Assembly: GCF_004010195.1 (NCBI RefSeq)
Contig: NC_057751.1
Location: forward strand, 1-38,237
DNA length: 38,237 bases
Reading direction: 5' to 3'
Origin: Chiloscyllium plagiosum
Lineage: Eukaryota
Shown here: piece after piece, positions 1-36,417 of the stretch
How positions within the stretch are numbered: the stretch's first letter is position 1
How the letters are laid out: each line of letters opens with the position of its first letter
Notes under the pieces: generated by a model
Seen by the model: only the letters and a program-made list of their open reading frames with translations
Databases searched by the model: none
What the model was told of the DNA's origin: nothing
Position numbers and translations under genes: made by a program

Positions 1-330
1 GGAGGCGGCGACTGCAACCGAAGGTCCGGGGCTGCTCCTGGATCCTCAGCCGGCTCCAGGACCAACAGCCCGCCTCTGTGTCGCCCGCTGCCAAAATCGC
101 AGCAACTCGAGCCCGCGGCTCACGGCCTATTGCCCTACCTCCATCGACAGCGCCACCCACTGTATGGCCTCCAAATACAGCGGCGCCTGCGGCCGACCCA
201 GATAGCGCCGGTTTTTGGGCCTCTATCGACAGCGCCACCCACTGTATGGCCTCCAAATACAGCGGCGCCTGCGGTCGACCCAGATAGCGCCGGTTTTTGG
301 GCCTCTATCGACAGCGCCACCCATTGCCCG
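1..330. promoter_or_regulatory. CpG island, probably promoter/5' end of a neighbouring gene extending left of the window
   Basis: High GC and CpG content in an otherwise CpG-depleted sequence; no start codon or exon assignable. Confidence 0.55.
143..323. repeat. 82-bp tandem repeat, ~2.2 copies
   Basis: atcgacagcgccaccca recurs at 143, 225 and 307 with near-identical intervening sequence. Confidence 0.95.
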
Positions 331-577
331 GCCATATCAATTCACCTTGCGTTTCCTGATTTGAATTTTGTTTCGGCTGGAAGTGTCTTTATTCTGGACA
401 GCAATACCCAGGAAAGAAATCAATTGGCTAGTTCGATGATTAACTCAAAACATTCAGAATGGCTTTGTTTACGGGCACAATCAGTTATGACTATACAAAG
501 GGTAAAGCACAGAAGGGGGCTGTTTGACCCATACCCTACCTCTTGCAGTAGCCTGTAGATACTTTTATTAGATACTT

Positions 578-690
578 TCCTGATGAAGGGCTTTTGCCCG
601 AAACGTCGATTTCGAAGCTCCTTGGATGCTGCCTGAACTGCTGTGCTCTTCCACCCTCCTGCCTATCCACCGGCATCTGCAGTTCTTTTG
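578..690 (+). mobile_element. Short PLE-derived element (family A) with minimal hammerhead motif
   Basis: CTGATGA-A-GGGC-TTTT-GCCC-GAAA-CGTC followed by the conserved gatgctgcctga.ctgctgtgct tail. Confidence 0.8.
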
Positions 691-1152
691 TCTTTGATTG
701 CTTCCTGGGGCAATTACGACTTGGATGCGAAAGCTGGTGTCATTGAAAAGAAGCACAAGCCAATTCAGTCAAAGGCCAATAGAACAAACAAATGATGGTA
801 GCACATTAAGAACTAGGCCAGGACAGCTCTGCTTTAAATGTTATTTGATGGTGACACATTACCTCTTCTCATAACTCTTAGTGAAAACCTTGTTTCAATG
901 TTCCCTTTTGTTGCTCCAGTTAGAATCATCAGAGCCATGCCTCTTATTATGTATTATTATTCTTACTACATGGGTAAATCCACCTCCCCCCCCCCCCCCC
1001 CCAAACTTAAACCAGCAACACAAGATTTATCCTGTGCAGTAATTGTGTGAAAATTCAAGAGGCCAAGAATTATCCGAAAGGTCACGACTTAAAGTAAAAA
1101 TGAACAACTTTATTTCTTAAAGTATTAGAGAATAATTAACTGACAACTATTT

Positions 1153-1766
1153 ATAGAATCATAGAGATGTACAACATGGAAACAGACCTTTCGGTCCAAC
1201 CTGTCCATACCGACCAGATATCCCAACCCAATATAGTCCCACATGCCAGCACCAGGCCCATATCTCTCCAAACCCCTCCTATTCATATACCCATCCAAAT
1301 GCCTCTTAAATGTTGCAATTGTACCAACCTCCACATCCTCTGGCAGCTCATTCCATACACATACCACCCTCTGCATGAAAAAGTTGCCCCTTAGGTCTCT
1401 TTTATATCTTTCCCCTCTCACCCTAAACCTATGCCCTCTAGTTCTGGACTCCCGACCTCAGGGAAAAGACTTTGTCTATTTACCCTATCCATGCCCCTCA
1501 TAATTTTGTAAACCTCTATAAAGGTCACCCCTCAGCCTCCATCGCTCCAGGGAAAACAGCCCCAACCTGTTCAGCCTCTCCCTGTAGCTCAAATCATCCA
1601 GTTTGAAACTTTATTGCTGGAACAGCACAGCAGGTCAGGCAGCATCCAGGGAACAGGAGATTCGACGTTTCGGGCACAGGCCCTTCTCCAGCATCTGCAG
1701 ACCTCACTTTCTCCTCAAATCATCCAGCCCTGGCAATATCCTTGTAAATCTTTTCTGAACCCTTTT
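1153..1766 (-). mobile_element. CR1/HER1-like LINE 3' fragment
   Basis: ORF2 C-terminus RGERYKRDLRGNFF..RVVCVWNELPE..FKRHLDGYM, and a (ctatgatt)-type tail. Confidence 0.9.
1602..1713 (-). mobile_element. Family A PLE-derived element, rearranged, inserted in CR1
   Basis: 14-bp TSD ctcaaatcatccag at 1588-1601 and 1714-1727. Confidence 0.85.
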
Positions 1767-2324
1767 ACAACTCCTTGCTCTTTTACCTTCTTCTACAATA
1801 CTAATCTGATAAACCCCACCCCCCATTAAGATTTACCAGAAGTTCAAATTTCAAAATCAGCCAGCTGTCAAATCTTCTCTTTATATCTTCCTCTGAATTT
1901 TCTTCTATTTAGGAATTTCAGTTTCACAGGTCACTGAACAATAAAGATACCTTTAAGAGAGCTATTCTCCAGGCAGTCGACAGATGTCATTGGCTTGGCA
2001 GTTCTCCCTCAACTGTTCAATTTTTCCTGGTCTTATACCCCCAAAGCATCAGATTGTGTCATTGGCTTTTAATATTGTCAAACTTGATTGGAGTTTGGTA
2101 TTTTTTTGAGGCATAATTTAAACTGGTTAGATTAATTTGAATTTGATTTTTGTCTCCAGGCAACCAGCTATACTAGCTGCTGGACCAAAAAATTACATTG
2201 TATATTGTTCAGAACACTTGGTGCTGTCAGGTAGTTCTGCTCGCTTTTGACTTCCTTAAAGGTACAGTACACCCACATCTTCATACCATTGTGAATAAAA
2301 ATACTTTCCTCTGATTTTTTTTAA

Positions 2325-2462
2325 GATTAGATTTCCTACAGTGTAGAAATGGGCCATTTGGCCCAACAAGTGCACACTGATCCTCCAAAGAGTAACCCAC
2401 CCACATCCATTTCTCTCTGACTAATGCACCGAATGCTATGGACAATTTAGCATGGCCATTTC
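2325..2462 (-). mobile_element. HE1-like SINE 3' part
   Basis: Reverse complement of the element at 25115-25231; CR1-type tail ending in aatct repeats. Confidence 0.7.
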
Positions 2463-2739
2463 TTTGCAGTCAAGAGTTCTGTATTACACCTGGTTACCCG
2501 ATATATTTGGTTTAAAACATCAGATTTGAAATAAATATAACCGAATAAGGGGAATAACGTGGTTGTGTTCGCCGAGCTGGGAATTTGTGTTGCAGACGTT
2601 TCGTCCCGTCTAGTTGACACCCTCAGTGCTTGGGAGCCTCCTGTGAAGCGCTTCTGTGATGTTTCCTCCACCATTTATAATGATTTGTACCTGCCGCTTC
2701 CGGTTGTCAGTTCCAGCTGTCCGCTACAGCGGCCGGTAT

Positions 2740-3320
2740 TTTTTTTTCTAAACCCCACACTACCGCCTAACTGCGGTAGTGCTTATTTTTTCCCCAGCAC
2801 CCATTTGTGTGTGTGCAGATGGGAGACACAGTGAGAGGTTTATTTTTTTTCTCTCTCCTTTTTTTTAAACAAATAGAATTGGAGAGAGATCACCTGGTTA
2901 TACCTTTTTTTAAATTTAACCCCCACACTACCGCCTAACCACAGTAGTGCTTATTTTTTCCCCAGCACCCATGGTGTGTGTGTGCAGGTGTGAGACACAG
3001 TGAAAGACACGAGGTGCACGAATCTTTATTCAATTTCCACCACCAGGAAGAAAGGAAAACACCCAAGCGGCCAGTGACAAGCAGTGTCCTTCACATCAAA
3101 GGGCAATGCTGTGTGATCAAACAGTGAAGGGGAGGGCAGGGATTAAATCAAAATAGAGTTGGAGGGGGAAATAATGCACTCCACTCCCTGCGGCGCCCAC
3201 CTCTCCCTGAACAACTCCAGGGTGTTGGTAGACACCGTGTGCTCCTTCTCCAAGGACACTCGGGCTCTAATGTAACCGCAGAAAAGGGGCAGGCAGTCGG
3301 CCCTCACTACCCCCTCCACG
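2740..3320 (-). mobile_element. L1/Tx1-like non-LTR retrotransposon 3' end with duplicated tail and poly(A)
   Basis: ORF end ..GYIRARVSLEKEH..FRERWAPQGVECII..* (stop 3143-3145), AATAAA, terminal stem-loop and A-rich tails. Clade assignment is from recalled motif similarity. Confidence 0.65.
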
Positions 3321-3349
3321 AAGAAATTAATGGCTTTTAACGGGTACAA

Positions 3350-3431
3350 CGCTGTGAGCAGGAGTGGAACCTGCGTGGGGAAACCCCGTTGGATTTCAAA
3401 TCCATCGCCTTAACCACTCGGCCATCACAGC
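3350..3431 (-). pseudogene. tRNA-Ser-derived sequence (anticodon TGA), probably non-functional
   Basis: 82 nt GCTGTGATGGCCGAGTGGTTAAGGCGATGGATTTGAAATCCAACGGGGTTTCCCCACGCAGGTTCCACTCCTGCTCACAGCG. Cloverleaf with long variable arm; body resembles vertebrate Ser-CGA; T-loop/B-box is damaged (TTCCACT rather than TTCGAAT). Confidence 0.9.
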
Positions 3432-4299
3432 TGCAGCAGTGGTCGGTATATTGGGTCCAGGTCGATGTGCTTATTGATTGAATTTGTGGATGAGTGCCAT
3501 GCATCGAGGAATTCCCTGGCTGTTCTCTGTTTGGCTTGTCCTATAATTTCTGAACATTTCTGAACTGACAGCCAGACTACTGCGACCACTAGGACTCATA
3601 ACAGCACACAAACCAACAGCCACGCTCAGAAAACAACTCACCAGGATGAAGGACCTGATACCCAGTATGAGCAAAACCAATGTAGTGTTCAAATTCCCAT
3701 GCAAGGACTGCACAAAACACTACATAGGACAGATAGGAACACAGCTAACGGTCCACATCCATGAACATCAACCAGCCACGAAACGACATGACCAGCTATC
3801 CTTAGTAGCCACACACTCAGATGACAAGCAACATGAATTCGGCTGGGACAACACTACTATTATAGGACAAGCCAAACAGAGAACAGCCAGGGAATTCCTA
3901 GAGGCATGGCACTCATCCACAGATTCAATCAATAAGCACATCGACCTGGACCCAATATACCAGCCACTGCAGCGGACAGCTGGAACTGACAACCGGAAGC
4001 GACAGGTACAAATCACTATAAATGCCGGAGGAAACATCACAGAAGTGCTTCACAGGAGGCTCCCAAGCACTGAGGGTGTCACCTAGACAGGGGACGAAAC
4101 GTCTGGAAAACAAATTCCCAGCTCGCCGAACAGAACTACAACAACAAGCACCCGAGCTACAAATCATCGCACAAACTTTGAAAGGGAATAATATTCATTT
4201 CCATAGCTCTTTTCATGACCACAGGATGATCCAAAAGATTTGACAACCAATCAAGTGATCACTGAGGAAATGTAGGAGACGCAGCAGCCAATTTCGGTG

Positions 4300-4705
4300 C
4301 ACCAAGACGGCATAAGAGGGAAAAAAAACTTATCATATCCTTACTAATCTGCCACCTGCAGATGCAGCTGTCCATGACAGCATCGGTAAGAGCGAACACC
4401 ACAGTCCTTGTGGAGCCAAAGTCCTGCCTTCACATTGAAAATAACCTCAATCGTGTTGTGTGACACTATCACCATGCTAAATGAGAACAGACTTTGAAAG
4501 ATCTCGCATCTCAAGACTGGGCATCCATGAGGCGTTGTGGGCCATCAACAGCAGCAGAATTGTACTCCAGCACAATCTGTAACCTCAAGGCCTGGCATAT
4601 TCCCACTCAAGTTACCATCAAATTAGGGGATCAACCCTGATTCAGTGGAGTGCAAGAGGGCATGGCAGAAGCAGCACCAGGCATACCTGAAGATGGGGTA
4701 TCAAC
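4300..4705 (+). mobile_element. Internal fragment of an APE-RT LINE, same family as 23185-26800
   Basis: Clear similarity to 23790-24200 (ccttcacattga.aata, tgtactccagcacaa, ggggatcaaccct). Confidence 0.75.
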
Positions 4706-4729
4706 ATTTTGAGCATCAACTCTTAATCA

Positions 4730-5110
4730 GGAAATAACCTACCTCTGACATCTTCCCATACGTTCCTCCAATCACCTTAAAATTATGACCCCTCATGACA
4801 GCTATTTCTGCCCTTTCCTGATGAAGAGGTTATACTTGAAACGTCGACTCTCCTGCTCCTCAGATACTGCCTGACCGGCTGTGCTTTTCCAGCACCACAC
4901 TCTTCAACTCGGATCTCCAACAACTGCAGTACTCACTTTCTCCTGATGTCTTGTCACCTGCAACAGCCCTGAGTACGATCTACAACACCTCCAACCGTTG
5001 TGCCATCGCAAACTTACTAACACATCCTTCCACTTCTTCATCCAAGTCATTTATAAAATCTGCAAAGAGCAGAGGCCCAATAGCAGATCCCGATGGAAAC
5101 AGACACACTT
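4730..5110 (-). mobile_element. CR1-like RT fragments
   Basis: GSAIGPLLF..FINDLDEEVEGCVSKFA in ORF 4980..5162. Confidence 0.8.
4817..4944 (+). mobile_element. Family A PLE-derived element
   Basis: CTGATGAAGAGG..GAAACGTCGAC through ctcactttctcct. Confidence 0.8.
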
Positions 5111-5134
5111 CTATCCCTTTTGCCCTATCAACAG

Positions 5135-6530
5135 TGTATCCTTCCTGACAGTCTCTCTGCATTCTATTTCTGCCCTTTCAACAACTACCCTCTCCTCTGA
5201 TCTGTAGCTCTGGTTCCCATCACCCTGCCCAACTAATTCAAACCCTCCCAAATTGCTCCAGCAATTCCCCCGCCCAGGACATCAGTGCCCCTTCATGTAC
5301 AGGTCCCATCTGCCCCAAATGGTACCCCAATGATCTACGTATCTGAAGCCCTCCCTCCTGCACCAGTCCTGTAGCCATGTGTTTAGCTGCACTCGCTTCC
5401 TGTTCCTTGCCTCACTAGCACGTGGCACAGGTAGCAATCCTGAGATTACTAGTCTGCTTGTCCTGCTTTTTAATTTCCAACCTAATCCCTTTTCATGACT
5501 ATGTCATTGAAACCAATGTGCACCACGAATTTTGGCTGCTACCCCCTCCCCCTTCAGAATCTTGTATTCTCGATCAGAGACATCCTGGATCCTAGCACCT
5601 TGGAGGCAACATATCTTCCGGGGGTCCCGTTCACGACCACAGAATCTCCTGTCTGTTCCTCGAACTACTAAGTCTCCTATCACTAGCACTTTTCTACTCT
5701 TCCCCCTTTCTCTTCTGAGCCACAGAGCCAGGCTCAGAGCCACAGACCTGGCCACTATAGCTTTCCCCTGGTAGGTATACTTATTATTGAGGGAACAGCC
5801 ACAGGGAATCCCTGCAGCGTCTGCATATTCCCTTTCCGTTCCCTGACTGTTACCCATCTACCTTTTTCCCGTACCCGATGCGAGACTACCTCCCTCTAAC
5901 TCCACTCTATTATCCCCTCCATCTCCTGAATGATCTGACATTCATCCAGTTCCAGCTCCATTTCCCTAACGCTGTTTCCGATGAACTGGAGTTGGTGCAC
6001 TTTCTGCAGTTGAAGTCGATGGGGACAGTTGTCCCCACATCCTCCCCATAGAAGGAGCATGCAACTGCCCTAACATCCATTCCCATTGTTCGGAATTCCT
6101 AACGAGACTATTGAAAAAAAACTAGGAGAAAGTGAGGACTGCAGATGCTGGAGATCAGAGCTGAAAAATGTGTTGCTGGAAAAGCGCAGCAGGTCAGGCA
6201 GCATCCAAGGAGCAGGAGAATCGACGTTTCGAGCATAAGCCCTTCTTCAGGATTCTCCTGCTCCTTGGATGCTGCCTGACCTTATTGAAAAAAACTAATT
6301 GCTTTACCAAATCAACGCACAGAACCTTTTTTTGGGTTAGAGATGGAGGATGCGTGGGAGACACGACTTAAGTAGTGTTTTGGCCAAAGCAACGGCCCAA
6401 ACATATTACTTCACTTACTCAGTCGTCCCGTGTCCCCTCCTGCTCAGCTTGTGCTCCGAGTATTCATGAGGTAAGTTATTAAAGGATTAACTTAACTTCC
6501 CAGCAGCCCCCGGTCCTTGCTATCACCGCT
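5135..6530 (-). mobile_element. CR1-like LINE 5' region with decayed ORF1 (SGNH esterase-like)
   Basis: RKVLVIGDLVVRGTDRRFCGRERDPRKICCLQGARIQDVSDR in ORF 5504..5857. Confidence 0.85.
6125..6282 (-). mobile_element. Family A PLE-derived element with internal inversion
   Basis: TSD tattg(a)ncta at 6109-6124 and 6283-6297; 6252-6282 is the inverted copy of ~6191-6221. Confidence 0.85.
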
Positions 6531-6629
6531 GCTGCAAAAATGGAGCTAAATGCTGCAGAAATCATTCTTGAGTTATCAGCTGGACTCACCACATAAATAC
6601 CACGGCAACAAGAGTAGGTCGGAGGCTAG

Positions 6630-6722
6630 AGTCTAGATTAGAGTGGTGCTGGAAAAGCACAGCAGGTCAAGCAGCATCCAAGGAGCAGAAAAATCAACGT
6701 TTCGGGCAAAAGCCCTTCATCA
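6630..6722 (-). mobile_element. Family A PLE-derived element, truncated
   Basis: gtgctggaaaagcacagcaggtca..cgtttcgggcaaaagcccttcatca. Confidence 0.75.
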
Positions 6723-6724
6723 CA

Positions 6725-6925
6725 ATGCAATTTGACCAGAATTTTATACAACATTATATTCCCAGTCTTTTATTCTTGCCCTGTAGATATCAATGATAAC
6801 ATTGCATTTGCCTCCCTCATGACCAACTGAAACTACATGTTAACCTTAAGAGATTCCTGAACGAGGACTCCCAAGTCCCTTTTTGCTTCAGATTTCTGAA
6901 GCCTTTCCCCATTTAGAAAATAGAT
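6725..6925 (-). mobile_element. CR1-like RT-distal fragment
   Basis: Reverse-strand similarity to 34915-35030 (gacttgggagtcct..ttaaggttaac). Confidence 0.7.
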
Positions 6926-7059
6926 TCTAAAGCAATTTGAATAGTTTCCGAATGAGTTGGATTGAAGTGGAGAGAATTGGATTGAGTACAGTTTATGGAC
7001 AGAGTCAGGACATAGATGAGCCCTGATCTACGTTCCTAGCCCAGCTGGGCAATGTTTCT

Positions 7060-7115
7060 CTTTGACAAAGACAAATAGCGACAAAGTTACAGCAGAAACC
7101 AGCCACCAATTTATT
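7060..7115 (-). terminator. Probable polyadenylation signal plus GU/U-rich downstream element
   Basis: AATAAA at 7110-7115 (minus strand) followed by tgtaactttgtcgctatttgtctttgtc. A proximal AATAAA also lies at 9139-9144. Confidence 0.6.
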
Positions 7116-9193
7116 CACATAGCATAGGAAAGGACTTTGCATATTCAAACAAACCATTAAAAAAGACAAAAACACTACATGGTACCAACAAAAGAGGCTA
7201 GATCTTTCAGTGAAAGCTGAGTTAAACCCCATCATTCTTCTTAAACTTAAAAATCATAAACATTTGATCTTTCCAATTCTCAATTCTGGTTTTTCACTCA
7301 TTTTCAAAGAATATAGTTCATAAAGGAGCGTACAAACGTTCTCGAATCCTGCATCGGATCGAGCGACGCCACCGTGCACTGGGTAAAGTGCAGTAGGCAC
7401 AGATTCCATTCAGTGCCATTCATATATGAACCTGCTACCTTTTCTGTGCATGTGGAAAGGGACTCTCTGCATCCTGTCTCTTTATTTAAACAAGTAGATG
7501 CCCTTCCAGATAGGGCTTAAGTAGGATTACTGACTACCCAGAGCTGGACACCAGCCAGCTCAGTCACAAGCATCTACCCAGCCTGGGTTATCCTTCTTCA
7601 GGGCTCATGGCCAGAGATACCAGGAGCATCGCTGTTGTTTTGAAACACAGTGGGACAATTTAAAGTCCTCAATTCAAATTATTGCCGAATCAAGCATGGC
7701 TGGATTTGCCACTGATCTCTTGCTTGGCCCGAAATCTGAACCTCAAAAGTTAGTTTAACTGAAAGGGAGAAATTGCAGACATCCTCCTGGAGGCAGGTTT
7801 ATAAAAGTGTGTGCAAGTTTCACAGTGGCCCCCAGAGTTCATTGAATGAACAGTGGGACACTGAAACACACAGACCAGGAACATCCCGGTACAGGGGGAG
7901 TTTTCTTTTTATCTTTGCTTTCTTGTCTGTTGAGTTAAGCCAAGACTCAGCTGGATGAACAATAGTTGTGATCAACCTCAGTATTCCTGGGATTAGTTCA
8001 ATGAAAAACTGAGCCTTTGATTGTACCCCGACTACTGTTGCAAAATCAATGGCACCTTTTGTCGATCAGCCTGCCAGCATTCATTAATCTATAATCACAG
8101 ATCTAGATTACAGTCTAACCCAGGTAATGGAATCAAATGCCACAATGTCAATTGATTGCAAGGGCTCTGTTTTGAATATACTAAGGACACTCAGTCCAGG
8201 CAGAAGCGAGAAAACAAAAAAGGTTTGCAGTGCTAGCTGGGTATATTACTGCAAGGGTGCAGAGTATCTGGTGTAACAATGGTTTGGAAGCAGGGTGGAG
8301 TTAACTCAATGCATACTGTGGTTCCCTAATAATTCTCTGATCACTGAGGCAGAAGATGAGAGCTAAGGAAGATTCCATTTCTGGCACGTTCCCAGCTCGT
8401 TCCACAAGGACTTCATGGAGGACGCAGTGCAATCACCATCCCATGGCACGCACTCAAAGGTGAACAGGAGTGCATGGAACAAGGCAACAAACAAACCACC
8501 AGAGTGCCAGTCAGGGCATCCGCACCAGCAGAGCCCCCTAAACCTTAGGACAAGGGAGCAGCGTCCAAAGAGTCGAAGGGTGGGGATACAAAGCAAATTG
8601 CATCATAAGTAAACAGCAGCCACACACCAGTTAATATCTGCAAAGGAGCATTTGGTCCTGGCAAAGTTCAGCAGGTGTGGAGCAACTGTGTTGACGCGGG
8701 TACAAATTGCACAATTCACTAAAACCGTGCTTAAGAGGCTCTGTGATTTCTATATGTATATACAGACACACTTATATAATCTATATATTAAAAAAACACG
8801 CACTCAACAGGATGCAGTGCAGACAGCATAAATAGAGCAGGAAAACAAGCTTCACATTTCCAAAAAATAAACCGTTAGGGAGTTGCTCCTCCCTAACTTC
8901 TGTCTGTGACTGGTAAAATGCTGGGGGACCAGCGAACAACTGGACTGTGGTCACAGAAACTAGTGATATAAAAGGAAATATATATGTATATTTCAAAATA
9001 CACATCCATATATGGCAGGCCAACTGCTCGAGCCAAGGCTAGAGCACATCAGCGTTCAGACAGAGAGCTCCTCACCAATCACCAAGTATAAAATTCATTG
9101 TGAATGGCACGTGGGATTCCATAAAACTGCAGCCAGCTTTTATTTTTGCATTCCAGATTATGTAAAGGAGTTACTATTTCTTGTCTGTCAAGG
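7090..9193 (-). other. Probable 3' UTR of the UBE2D4-like gene (~2.1 kb)
   Basis: Only long stretch with no recognisable TE; runs from the stop codon to an AATAAA; includes a Pumilio-type TGTATATA at 8757-8764. Confidence 0.6.
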
Positions 9194-35345
<26,152 letters not shown>

Positions 35346-35675
35346 CCCGCTGCGGGCCCGAGCCTCGCCGTTCAATCCGCTCCGACTGGCTCACGGAGGC
35401 CCTGGGCGGTCAGTGCGCATGCGCTGAGACCTCAATGCCGGGCCCGGCCACCGGCCGCGCAGGCGCCAATAACCAGCCAGCGGTCCCAGTGCGGAGGAGC
35501 ACGTTGTATCCCCAGCGCGGAGCTCCGTGCCTCGCCCCTACCGTGCTCTTGAGCGGATATCCCGATTCCCTTCATGACCCCAGCGCGCAGCTCCAAAGTC
35601 TCCCCAGATCCTCCGGTCCAGGCTTCTACAAATTCCCAGAATTAGCCTTGAGCCGGAATTCGCGATTCAAACTCT

Positions 35676-35804
35676 GAGAAAGTAAGGATTGCAGATGCTG
35701 GAGATCAGAGTTGAGAGTGTGGTGCTGGAAAAGCACAGCACATCTGGCAGCATCCGAGGTGCAGGAGAATCGACGTTTCGGGTCGGAGCTCTTCATCAGG
35801 AATG
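35676..35804 (-). mobile_element. Family A PLE-derived element at the upstream edge of the promoter
   Basis: gagaaagt..gcagatgctggagatcag..tcgacgtttcgg..cttcatcagg. Confidence 0.85.
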
Positions 35805-35857
35805 AACTCTCACTCCCAGTTATTGGTCCTCTCTGCACCTCCACGCAACCTCAAGTT

Positions 35858-36417
35858 GAGTCATAGAGATATACAGCATGGAAATATACCCTTAGATCCA
35901 ACTTGTCCATGCTAATCAGGTATTCTAATCTCGATCGATTTACCAGCAAAAGTGAAGACTGCAGATGCTGGAACCCTACCTCTTCCTATAACATTTAAAA
36001 GTCATCTGGATAAGTATATACCATCTTCCACCACTTCCTCTGATTGCTCATTCCACACACACACACACACTACCCTCAGAGTGAAAAAGCTGCCCTTTAA
36101 AATCCTTCCCCTCTCATCCCGAAAACCCCAACCTAGGAAAAAGATCTTGTCTATTTACCCTACCAATGATTTTATAATTTGGAGACGCCACTGTTGGAGT
36201 GGGGTGTACAAAGTTAAAAATCACACAAGACTAGGTTATAGTCCAACAGGTTTAATTGGAAGCACACTAGCTTTCGGAGCACAACTCCTTCATCAGGTGG
36301 TTGTACTTATAAACCACTGTAACGTCACCCCACAGCCTATTCAGCCTCTCCCTACAACTCAAACCCCCAGTGCTAGCAACATCCTTGTAAGTCTTTTCTG
36401 AACCCTTTCAAGTTTCA
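35858..36417 (-). mobile_element. CR1-like 3' fragment, interrupted
   Basis: Collinear with 1153-1766. Confidence 0.8.
36180..36304 (-). mobile_element. PLE-derived family C element with canonical minimal hammerhead (36265-36299)
   Basis: CAC-CTGATGA-A-GGAG-TTGTG-CTCC-GAAA-GCTA-GTG; flanked by ttataa on both sides. Confidence 0.85.

Larger units (their letters stand above)
966..2288 (-). mobile_element. Possible solo LTR interrupted by a CR1 fragment
   Basis: Non-coding, LTR-like composition with AATAAA on the minus strand near 1110; recognition is weak. Confidence 0.3.
2558..4181 (+). mobile_element. Penelope-like element (family B) 3' fragment with GIY-YIG endonuclease and an inverted partial copy
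   Basis: ORF 3646-4086 NVVFKFPCKDCTKHYIGQ..HEH..REFLEAWH; inverted arm 2558-2739 plus 3437-3547; TSD aag(g)ggaataa at 2547-2557 and 4182-4191. Confidence 0.88.

Noticed and set aside
143..323. CRISPR-like repeat-spacer array
   Set aside because: The intervening sequences are identical rather than unique spacers, the context is eukaryotic and there are no cas genes.
78..558. ORFs 78..287, 130..558 and 135..335 with repeated peptides
   Set aside because: By-products of the GC-rich 82-bp tandem repeat; no recognisable protein.
3350..3431. Functional tRNA-Ser(TGA) gene
   Set aside because: Two T-loop/B-box substitutions, an anticodon-stem mismatch and no T4 terminator directly downstream; TGA is plausibly CpG decay of CGA.
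3646..4086. 146-aa open GIY-YIG ORF as a domesticated nuclease gene
   Set aside because: It lies in a 5'-truncated, TSD-flanked PLE fragment with no promoter or splice signals, and a decayed relative sits at 27550-28098.
7114..7130. TAT GCT ATG TGA (YAM*) as an alternative last exon of UBE2D
   Set aside because: Upstream codons do not match YN.LAR.WT.K and there is no suitable acceptor; a chance match next to the poly(A) signal.
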